64,000 nt of DNA from Candidatus Vogelbacteria bacterium. Its GTDB lineage: Bacteria; Patescibacteriota; Minisyncoccia; Phycocordibacterales; XYD1-FULL-46-19. The translations under genes were made by a program, and so were the position numbers. The DNA lies in assembly GCA_021414225.1 (NCBI GenBank), contig JAIOOX010000002.1, forward strand, positions 161,118 through 225,117, given 5' to 3'. The notes below the pieces were generated by a model, which was given only the letters and a program-made list of their open reading frames with translations, did no database searches and was not told the DNA's origin. This document shows, in pieces, positions 56,694 through 64,000 of the stretch; the first letter of the stretch is position 1; the number at the start of each line of letters is the position of its first letter.

Positions 56694-56984
56694 TAAGAAG
56701 CCACCCAAAAAGCTTCGAATTAATTAATAGTCTAATGAGCCTTGGTGTTCCTACGGGAACCTGCCCCTCGAAAGGGCATATATTAACCCAAGTGTTGACG
56801 ATTTTCAGATTTTATAACCACATCATCCAAGGCCTAGCATTGCCTTCGAGGTTGTTATAGTATCTGTTTCAAGCTTTCTCCTTTGAGCAATCGGAGGTTG
56901 CCCAGCTAGTAATAGGTGGGTGGAAAAAGCGTCGCACAAGCCCAGGGTTAATATACTGGGCTTTGTGTTATCTAAACAAATTGT
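56694..56984 (+). ncRNA. ~290-nt structured leader upstream of the integrase
   Basis: GTTCC-TACG-GGAAC; TGCCC..GGGCA; long-range TATATTAACCC/GGGTTAATATA; competing CACAAGCCCAG/CTGGGCTTTGTG. Confidence 0.6.
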
Positions 56985-58067
56985 ATGTTTACACGATTTG
57001 AGGATAAGTACGAGGATTACCTCTTACACCTCGAGAAGGAAGGGAGAAAGGCGAAAACTATAGCGGAACACAGGAAGTTTCTCTACGAGTATTTCCCAGA
57101 GAGCTTGCGAAGGAAGTGGTTGTCGAATGTAAGCCGTGCGGACATAGACATTCTGAAGGAAGTCGGCCGAACGCATGGCGAACATGGAGCCACAAGGATG
57201 GTTGTCACATTACGAAGATACTTTGACTTTATGCAGTCCCATCTCGGTATGAAAATGCCGTTTGATTGGAGAGATATAAGGGTCCCCGTAGTAAGACAGA
57301 AAGAACAGCCGGTATTCGAAGATCATGAATTAGCGACATTGTTCCATGTCATGGAAACTATGGAAGCGGGAAGTGTCCACGGCCGAAGAATGGCATGGAC
57401 GATGCAGGCATTCTTCGAGACACTATTCGGCACCGGTCTGCGTATTCACGAAGCCTTGAGATTAAATAGAATTGATCTCAACAGCATTAAAGAAAGCGGA
57501 AGATTGATGGTTCTTAGAAAAGGAGGGAAGACTTGCGAAGTTTCGTTCTCAGAGCGAGCGATCAAAAAGCTTGAAGAATATTATGGAAGACGTAATGACA
57601 CAAATGATGCCATGTTCGTAAATTCTTGTGGTGAACGTCTCATAATGGCGACAGCAAGAAGCTACTTTGAAAGACTCAAGAGAAAGTTGCGAGATACTGG
57701 TTATCCAGACATTGCAGCAAAACTCAAAAGTCACACGTTCAGAAGAACACTCGCAACATATCTTATAGAGAATGGCGCCGATATAAAGTCGGTCCAAACT
57801 ATAATGGATCACGAATCGGAGAGAACAACAGTGAAGCATTACATCAGGGTAAACAAGAAACGAGCCCAATTAATTCATCACTATATTTTGTCTCGATTCT
57901 CCGTTGATGAACTTGCCAGCCGATGCCGAGAAACCGGAGGCAGAGTACAAGTACGAATGACAGAGAATCAGGGACGCTGGATGACTCTCCGTAATGATGA
58001 AATCTCACCCGATTTATTAGCCCACGTGAAGGAGCAGGAGGCTTCTCTAAGACCCGCACACGTCTAG
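56985..58067 (+). CDS. Tyrosine recombinase (prophage integrase, XerC/D-like architecture)
   Basis: Catalytic R (GLRIHE), K (RKGGK), HxxR (SHTFRR), H and Y (MDHESERTTVKHY); adjacent to attR. Confidence 0.92.
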   Translation: MFTRFEDKYEDYLLHLEKEGRKAKTIAEHRKFLYEYFPESLRRKWLSNVSRADIDILKEVGRTHGEHGATRMVVTLRRYFDFMQSHLGMKMPFDWRDIRVPVVRQKEQPVFEDHELATLFHVMETMEAGSVHGRRMAWTMQAFFETLFGTGLRIHEALRLNRIDLNSIKESGRLMVLRKGGKTCEVSFSERAIKKLEEYYGRRNDTNDAMFVNSCGERLIMATARSYFERLKRKLRDTGYPDIAAKLKSHTFRRTLATYLIENGADIKSVQTIMDHESERTTVKHYIRVNKKRAQLIHHYILSRFSVDELASRCRETGGRVQVRMTENQGRWMTLRNDEISPDLLAHVKEQEASLRPAHV

Positions 58068-58074
58068 CGCATAA

Positions 58075-58104
58075 TTGACGTACTGGCCACTGATCAAGTA
58101 TACT
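58075..58104 (+). promoter_or_regulatory. Near-consensus sigma-70 promoter firing across attR/attP
   Basis: TTGACG-N18-TATACT starting 8 bp after the integrase stop. Confidence 0.65.
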
Positions 58105-58230
58105 TTTATTGTTACAAAGTTTTTTCACAAGTAAGTATACGGATTCACAAAATAGAACTCGGGTGAGTCCGTATTCATTTCAATAATCTAAATTCCGATC
58201 GTACGGAAAAGAGCGCGCCAGACACCTCAA

Positions 58231-58245
58231 TGGAGTAAGCGTTAG
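58231..58245 (+). repeat. attR core and displaced original rpsI 3' end
   Basis: (CCT CAA) TGG AGT AAG CGT TAG = PQWSKR-stop. Confidence 0.88.
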
Positions 58246-58251
58246 ACATCA

Positions 58252-58296
58252 AAAGCAACAAAAAACCTCCCCATTCGGGAGGTTTTTTGTTGCTTT
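58252..58296 (+). terminator. Original host terminator of the ribosomal operon, displaced by the prophage
   Basis: AAAGCAACAAAAAACCTCCC-CATTC-GGGAGGTTTTTTGTTGCTTT directly after attR. Confidence 0.85.
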
Positions 58297-58340
58297 AAAA
58301 GGTCTTGCCTTACTCCTAAAAAAGAGCTATGATAATGCTT

Positions 58341-58856
58341 ATGGATACAATAAAATCATTCTTCTCTGAAGAGAACAAAGGTAAGACCATTACCACTATT
58401 TTAGCTATAATTTTAGTAATTGCTGTTGGTTATTTTTTCTTTGGTAAGGAAGCTTTCGCTCCTAGTCAAAAAGATTTAAAAGCGGGGTCAACCGCTACAA
58501 CTAGTGTTGATTCTGTTTTAACAAACTCCATCAGCACATCCAATCAAACTCCTAGTGACTTAATCAATATCGAAAAAGTAGTTATCACTAAAGGCAGTTG
58601 GATTGCTATTTATTCAGACAACGAAGGCGAGCCTGGTAGTATTATCGGAGCTCAATATTTAACAGCTGGTGACTACGCTAATGTTCCAGTTCAAATTTTT
58701 GTTAGAACTGTTGCTGGTCAAACTTATTACGCGGTAGTAAACTCTGATGACGGGGTGATGTCTTTTGACTACAAAAAAGATTTACCGATCACCAACTCTG
58801 AAGGTAAGTGGGTAATGGATTCATTTGAGGTTCTTCCTATTGGGGCTCGCGGTTAA
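58341..58856 (+). CDS. Membrane-anchored surface protein with small beta-sandwich domain
   Basis: TM, S/T linker, WIAIY..G.PG.IIGA..L..G, YYAV..DDG...FDY..D.P. Confidence 0.7.
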   Translation: MDTIKSFFSEENKGKTITTILAIILVIAVGYFFFGKEAFAPSQKDLKAGSTATTSVDSVLTNSISTSNQTPSDLINIEKVVITKGSWIAIYSDNEGEPGSIIGAQYLTAGDYANVPVQIFVRTVAGQTYYAVVNSDDGVMSFDYKKDLPITNSEGKWVMDSFEVLPIGARG

Positions 58857-58914
58857 TTGTTTTAAAATTTAGTTTCTATTTAGTTCAAAACTTTAATCAG
58901 TAAACTATTTTTCT

Positions 58915-59493
58915 ATGACTGACAACATTAATCACAACGATGACAATCTAGATGTAGAAGAAGTAGAGTTTTCATCAACTGACGATGAAGGATTAGAAGA
59001 AAATGCTCAAGCTAAAATTAAAAAGTTGCGAGCTGACCTAAAACAAGCTAACTCCGAGAAAATTGAATATCTCTCTGGCTGGCAACGAGCGAAGGCGGAC
59101 TATATCAACCTCCAAAATACTGAGGATAAAAACCGAACAGATATAATTAAGTATGCTAAGGAAAGTTTGTTGGTAGATTTGTTACCACTAGTCGACAGTT
59201 TTGATATGGCTTTTGCCAATAAAGCGGTCTGGGAACAAGCGCCCGAAAATTGGCGCAAGGGGATTGAATATATTTACAGCCAGCTATCAGGTATTTTAAA
59301 AGATAATGGACTGGAGCCGGTCGTTCCACCCCTTGGTTCTGATTTTGATCCACAACGTCACGAATCGATCGGTCTGACGGCAACAGATAAAGAGAGTGAG
59401 GACGGAAAAATACTTGAAGTCGTTAAAAAAGGTTATATACTACAAGGGAAATTGATTCGCCCCGCTCAAGTGAAAACAGGCGAATTAAAATAA
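58915..59493 (+). CDS. grpE: Nucleotide exchange factor GrpE
   Basis: QRAKADYIN, LLPLVDSF, FDPQRHE, KGY..IRPAQV. Confidence 0.95.
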   Translation: MTDNINHNDDNLDVEEVEFSSTDDEGLEENAQAKIKKLRADLKQANSEKIEYLSGWQRAKADYINLQNTEDKNRTDIIKYAKESLLVDLLPLVDSFDMAFANKAVWEQAPENWRKGIEYIYSQLSGILKDNGLEPVVPPLGSDFDPQRHESIGLTATDKESEDGKILEVVKKGYILQGKLIRPAQVKTGELK

Positions 59494-59535
59494 AAAGGTC
59501 AATCATTATAATCAACTAATTCATCAAATATTTTT

Positions 59536-61449
59536 ATGGCAAAAATTCTAGGTATTGATTTGGGTACAACCAACTCCGCAATGGCTTATATCGAGGGCGG
59601 TCAACCAAAAATTATTGAAAACAGTGAAGGCGCTCGGACTACTCCATCTATCGTCGCGGTTTCCAAAACTGGTGAACGACTAGTTGGTATGTTGGCTAAA
59701 CGTCAGGCTATCACTAACCCTAAAAACACTGTCTCTGGTATCAAACGCTTGATGGGTCACAAATTTGAAGATCCTAACGTTCAGAAAGATAAAGGGTTGG
59801 TGCCTTACGTGATCGAAAAATCTGAAGATGGTGGAGTCAAAGTAACTATGGGCGACAAGCACAATCGTCCTGAAGAAGTCTCCGCTATGATTCTCAGTAA
59901 GCTCAAGCGTGATGCTGAGGCTCACTTAGGTGAAAAGATTGAGGAAGTGGTGATCACTGTCCCAGCTTACTTTGACGACTCTCAACGAAAGGCTACTAAA
60001 GATGCTGGTGAAATCGCTGGTTTTAAAGTTCGTCGTATTATCAACGAACCAACCGCCGCTGCGCTCGCTTACGGTTTAGATAAAAAGAAAAATGAAAAGA
60101 TCGCGGTCTACGACTTCGGTGGTGGTACTTTTGATGTGTCCGTGCTCGAAATCAGTGGTGGTAGTGACGAACAAAGCATCGAAGTGAAATCAACCGATGG
60201 TGACTCCCACATGGGCGGTGAAGATATCGACCAAAAAATCATCAAATGGCTAGCTGATACTTTCAAAAGCAAAACTGGTATCGATGTCACCAAAGATGAA
60301 TTAGCTCTTCAACGTTTGAAGGAAGCCGCCGAAAAAGCGAAGCACGAACTTTCTACCGCCGCTCAAAGTGAAATCAATATTCCTTTCATTAGTTCTGACG
60401 CCTCTGGCCCAGTGCACTTGTTAGAGACCATGACTCGCTCTAAGCTCGAAGAATTAGCTGATGAATATATTGCCCGCTCAATCGAGATTACCAAGCGTGC
60501 TGTCGAAGCCTCTGGCCTAAAAGTGGGAGACATCAATGAAATCATTCTCGTCGGTGGTCAAACTCGTATGCCAGCTATCCAAGAAGCGGTTAAAAAGTTT
60601 TTCGGTAAAGAACCAAACCGATCTATCAACCCAGATGAAGTGGTCGCTATTGGTGCCGCTGTGCAAGCGGGTATTTTCCAAGGTGACGTTAAAGATGTCC
60701 TACTTCTTGATGTCACACCACTGTCTGTTGGTATTGAGACTATGGGTGGTATCGCTACTAAGATCATCGAACGTAACACCACTATTCCAACTTCTCGCAG
60801 TCAGACTTTCTCAACTGCCGCCGACAATCAAACTAGTGTGGAGATTCACGTGGTGCAAGGTGAACGAGAAATGTCCGCCGACAACAAAACACTTGGTCGC
60901 TTTATCTTAGATGGTATTCCACCAGCTCCTCGCGGCATGCCACAAGTGGAAGTCACTTTTGATATAGATGCCAACGGTATCTTGTCAGTGAAGGCCAAGG
61001 ATAAAACGAGTGGCAAGGAACAATCAATCCGGATCGAAGCGCAATCAAGTCTGTCCAAAGAAGATATTGAAAAGATGAAAAAGGAAGCCGAAATTCACGC
61101 TGACGAAGACAAGGCTAAAAAAGAAGCGGTGGAAGCTAAGAACATGGCCGATCAAATGATCTATACCGCTGAGAAAGCCTTGAAAGATGCTGAGGGCAAG
61201 ATCACTGACGATGTGAAGAAAGGCGTGGAAGATAAAGTAGCGGCTTTGAAAGCAGTCAAAGAAGGCGCTGACAAAGAAGCTATCACCAAAGCGACCGGTG
61301 ATCTATCAACCGAAATGTCTAAAATCGGTGAAGCGATGAGTAAAGCCGCCGGCTCTGAAGCAGGCGCTACTCCAAACCCAGAAGCTACTGATCCAAATAT
61401 TCGCGACGCGGAAACTGGTGACTCTAACCCAGACCAACCAACTGCTTAA
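59536..61449 (+). CDS. dnaK: Chaperone DnaK
   Basis: [43 protein letters not shown]. Confidence 0.98.
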   Translation: MAKILGIDLGTTNSAMAYIEGGQPKIIENSEGARTTPSIVAVSKTGERLVGMLAKRQAITNPKNTVSGIKRLMGHKFEDPNVQKDKGLVPYVIEKSEDGGVKVTMGDKHNRPEEVSAMILSKLKRDAEAHLGEKIEEVVITVPAYFDDSQRKATKDAGEIAGFKVRRIINEPTAAALAYGLDKKKNEKIAVYDFGGGTFDVSVLEISGGSDEQSIEVKSTDGDSHMGGEDIDQKIIKWLADTFKSKTGIDVTKDELALQRLKEAAEKAKHELSTAAQSEINIPFISSDASGPVHLLETMTRSKLEELADEYIARSIEITKRAVEASGLKVGDINEIILVGGQTRMPAIQEAVKKFFGKEPNRSINPDEVVAIGAAVQAGIFQGDVKDVLLLDVTPLSVGIETMGGIATKIIERNTTIPTSRSQTFSTAADNQTSVEIHVVQGEREMSADNKTLGRFILDGIPPAPRGMPQVEVTFDIDANGILSVKAKDKTSGKEQSIRIEAQSSLSKEDIEKMKKEAEIHADEDKAKKEAVEAKNMADQMIYTAEKALKDAEGKITDDVKKGVEDKVAALKAVKEGADKEAITKATGDLSTEMSKIGEAMSKAAGSEAGATPNPEATDPNIRDAETGDSNPDQPTA

Positions 61450-61459
61450 AACTTAACCT

Positions 61460-62533
61460 ATGGCCAAAGATTATTACGAAACCTTAGGGGTGCCGAAGAC
61501 AGCCTCCAAGGAAGAAATCAAAAAGGCCTTCCATAAGTTAGCTCACAAACATCACCCGGATAAAGGCGGTGATGAGGCTAAATTCAAAGAGGCGAGCGAA
61601 GCCTACCAAATCCTCTCAGATGACTCTAAAAGAGCCCAATACGACCGTTTTGGGGCTAATGGCCCTATGGGTGGAGGTGGTGGCGGATTCAACCCTGGTC
61701 AGCAGGGCTGGGATTTTGATTTCTCTGGTTTCGGTGGTGGCCAAGGTCAGGGTGGTTTTGAATTCGACCTCGGCGATATCTTCGGTGACATTTTTGGTGG
61801 TGGCGCTAGAGCCAAGCGTGGCCGTGATATTTCTGTCGACACACAAATCACCTTTGCTGAATCTATTTTTGGTACCAGCCGCAAAATAACGATCAATAAA
61901 GTTGGTAAGTGTCAGACCTGTCAGGGTTCTGGTGCCGAACCAGGTAGCAAAACCAAAACCTGTGATAAATGTCAGGGCAAAGGCAAAATCCAAGAAACCA
62001 GACGTTCGATCATGGGTTCTTTCAACACAGTCGTCACTTGTGATAAGTGTCATGGCAAAGGCCAAATCCCCGAAAAAGCTTGTAAGACTTGTGGTGGCCA
62101 AGGCGTCAACAAACACAATGAAGAAATCGAGGTCAATATTCCCGCCGGCATTGAGGTGGGTCAAATGATCCGCATGACTGGCCAAGGCGAAGCTATCAGC
62201 AACGGCCAGGCCGGTGATCTTTATATCAAAGTTCACATTCAAGCCGACAAAACATTCCAGCGCGATGGTCACAACCTGACCATGCATTTAGAAATTAAGC
62301 TGACTGATAGTTTGTTGGGTGCCAGTTATAATATCAAAACTTTAGACGGGGATGTTTCTATCAAAATCCCAGAAGGTATTTCCAGTGGCGAAATTTTACG
62401 CGTCAAAAACAAAGGGGTGCCTGTCGGTAATAGACGAGGTGATTTGTTGGTGACTATAATTATAAAAACCCCAACCAAACTCTCCAAAAACGCCAAAAAC
62501 CTGGTCGAAAAACTGAAAGAAGAGGGGATTTAG
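61460..62533 (+). CDS. dnaJ: Chaperone DnaJ
   Basis: HPD motif, G/F region, four CxxCxGxG repeats. Confidence 0.97.
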   Translation: MAKDYYETLGVPKTASKEEIKKAFHKLAHKHHPDKGGDEAKFKEASEAYQILSDDSKRAQYDRFGANGPMGGGGGGFNPGQQGWDFDFSGFGGGQGQGGFEFDLGDIFGDIFGGGARAKRGRDISVDTQITFAESIFGTSRKITINKVGKCQTCQGSGAEPGSKTKTCDKCQGKGKIQETRRSIMGSFNTVVTCDKCHGKGQIPEKACKTCGGQGVNKHNEEIEVNIPAGIEVGQMIRMTGQGEAISNGQAGDLYIKVHIQADKTFQRDGHNLTMHLEIKLTDSLLGASYNIKTLDGDVSIKIPEGISSGEILRVKNKGVPVGNRRGDLLVTIIIKTPTKLSKNAKNLVEKLKEEGI

Positions 62534-62584
62534 GTATGCCTAGACAGTAAACATATATAATCTATAGTTAATCTATTTTTAACC

Positions 62585-63286
62585 ATGGAATTTCAATTCT
62601 ATAAAAATAAAATTAAACTCCTAAATTGGAATTGGAAAAAGATAATAGCAAGAATTAAATTTTTTAGTAACTTTTTTTTCTTTGTAATAATCCCCATTCC
62701 TTTGATCTACTACATATTTTGGGGAAGTAGTGTTAACCTACAACTTAAAAATACAAACAATTGGAGTAATGTTAAGGTAGAAATTATTGATAATCCAGGA
62801 TTCCTTACTTATGTGAGGAATGTCTTACAAGTTCCTTTTGACCTATCAATTTTAGAAGTGTGTCTAATAAATAAATCAGACTACTCACTTAAAGATATAG
62901 TGATGAAGAATGATCAAGGGAATATAGTTTGGGATGCGGGACTTTTTGAAAAAGGGAGTAGGATTTGTACTGTAACCCACTCTAGAAATTTTTCAGTTGG
63001 AAGAAGAATAGAATCTCCCAATTTACCAACATTTATACTAGAAAACGGTTCCCCTAAAATGATTCAAAATCTAGAAGAAGCAAAGAGAGAGGTTAAAATA
63101 GAGGCTGACAATAATTATGGGGCAAGACCTCTTTTTGGATCAAAGTTAGTTTCAAGTTTTATATTCTTTATTGCTTATATTACAGTATTGGAGGTATCTA
63201 GTAGATGGTTAAAAAAAGTTTTTAAAATATTGAGATTCATTATTATTTTCATTTCAAATCCTTCAAAAACTCAATCAGGTTTTTAA
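62585..63286 (+). CDS. AT-rich hypothetical two-TM membrane protein
   Basis: 233-aa ORF with N- and C-terminal TM helices. Confidence 0.55.
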   Translation: MEFQFYKNKIKLLNWNWKKIIARIKFFSNFFFFVIIPIPLIYYIFWGSSVNLQLKNTNNWSNVKVEIIDNPGFLTYVRNVLQVPFDLSILEVCLINKSDYSLKDIVMKNDQGNIVWDAGLFEKGSRICTVTHSRNFSVGRRIESPNLPTFILENGSPKMIQNLEEAKREVKIEADNNYGARPLFGSKLVSSFIFFIAYITVLEVSSRWLKKVFKILRFIIIFISNPSKTQSGF

Positions 63287-63794
63287 TATCATCATCAATA
63301 CTGATTTTTAAGATATCACAACCACGAGTGATCATACTGCGGTCGATTTTGGCAGCAAAACTTTCTTCATTAAACTTTTTCTTGACTGAACTGACTTTCA
63401 TTTCGCCAAACGACACTGGATTCATTTTTTGATAGGCGTAGAAGATACCACACATTTCATCACAAGCCATCAGCGCTCCGGCCAAAGGAGTGTCTGGTTG
63501 GGTAGAGAAGCCGTTATAACCATAAGCATGCGCTTCCACGGCGTGAATCAAGGCTTCTGGATACTGCCAGTCTTTAAACCACTTTAAAGACGGTCCTGGG
63601 TGTTCATGAGGATGTTCGGTGAAGTCCAGATCGTGAAGCAGACCCGTGATATACCACAAGTCTTTGTCTTCACCATAAAGTCCGGCATAACCCTCCATTG
63701 CTTGGGCCACCATTACCGCATGATGACGTTGGTATGGATCACTAACATGTTGATCTAATAATTTAAGTGCTTCTTCTCTAGTTGGTAGACTCAT
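63249..63794 (-). CDS. HD-domain (HDIG) phosphohydrolase
   Basis: HHAVMV, GLLHDLD, AVEAH, ACDE, KKKF...FAA. Confidence 0.88.
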   Translation of the reverse strand: MSLPTREEALKLLDQHVSDPYQRHHAVMVAQAMEGYAGLYGEDKDLWYITGLLHDLDFTEHPHEHPGPSLKWFKDWQYPEALIHAVEAHAYGYNGFSTQPDTPLAGALMACDEMCGIFYAYQKMNPVSFGEMKVSSVKKKFNEESFAAKIDRSMITRGCDILKISIDDDIKNLIEFLKDLK

Positions 63795-63877
63795 ATATTT
63801 ATATAGCTTAACTAATAATAAGGCGATTGGCATCCCGATAGGGCCAGCAACCGCCTAATTAAAGGAACAGACTCTCG

Positions 63878-64000
63878 TCAGTTCAGATCGGGCCTGGATA
63901 AGCAGATTAGATTAAGTCCTTCAGTGGTGCCATGTTGTTCCAGATGGCTAAGGACCTCTTTTTCCGCCAGCTCCGCTTCCACTTCCGTGTCGAACGACTG
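63878..64000 (-). CDS. 3' end of a GC-rich hypothetical gene entering from outside the window
   Basis: Open frame QSFDTEVEAELAEKEVLSHLEQHG...DLN-stop. Confidence 0.4.
   Translation of the reverse strand, partial: QSFDTEVEAELAEKEVLSHLEQHGTTEGLNLICLSRPDLN

Larger units (their letters stand above)
21818..58245. mobile_element. Podovirus-like prophage (~36.4 kb) integrated in the 3' end of rpsI
   Basis: Direct repeat TGGAGTAAGCG at 21818-21828 and 58231-58241, both in PQWSKR-stop context. Tyrosine integrase next to attR, displaced host terminator after attR, and terminase, capsid, tail and lysis genes inside. Confidence 0.92.

Noticed and set aside
58309-58316. CTTACTCC, reverse complement of part of the att core
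   Set aside because: Only 8 bp and lies in the spacer of a host promoter (TTGCCT-N17-TATGAT); probably chance
58857-58914. CIRCE element before grpE-dnaK-dnaJ
   Set aside because: No TTAGCACTC-N9-GAGTGCTAA found and no hrcA in the window
61616-62287. 223-aa antisense ORF in dnaJ (and shorter ones in dnaK)
   Set aside because: Familiar antisense shadow ORFs of chaperone genes

Overview
The window is from a low-GC Patescibacteria (CPR, Parcubacteria-like) chromosome in standard code 11. Host backbone: tRNA-Ala(GGC), ychF, leuS with an inserted Nudix domain, mltG, mnmA, a short alaS, the infA-rpmJ-rpsM-rpsK-rpsD-rpoA-rplQ-rplM-rpsI cluster, and grpE-dnaK-dnaJ. A ~36.4-kb podovirus-like prophage (about 21818-58245) is integrated in the last codons of rpsI (S9), with core TGGAGTAAGCG at 21818 and 58231. 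It carries replication, packaging, head, tail, ejection and lysis genes. It also carries a cargo block (Fic, HpaII-family R-M, C5-MTase plus GHKL ATPase, Nudix plus two NDT-like proteins), a ParB/serine-recombinase module and a tyrosine integrase. The most unusual feature is the reconstructed attP. It holds tandem units about 55 bp apart that each re-encode the S9 C-terminus (PQWSKR-stop) with different synonymous codons (Ser AGT vs TCA). Inverted repeats bracket these units, and they lie between a near-consensus promoter and an intrinsic terminator that are joined only after excision. No CI/Cro-type repressor is recognisable; three long structured RNA leaders are present instead. Also seen: an 18-bp late-promoter motif, an iteron plus DnaA-box origin inside the rep gene, and a C5-MTase with a nested out-of-frame ORF. 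All protein calls come from motif recognition and gene context, not database searches.
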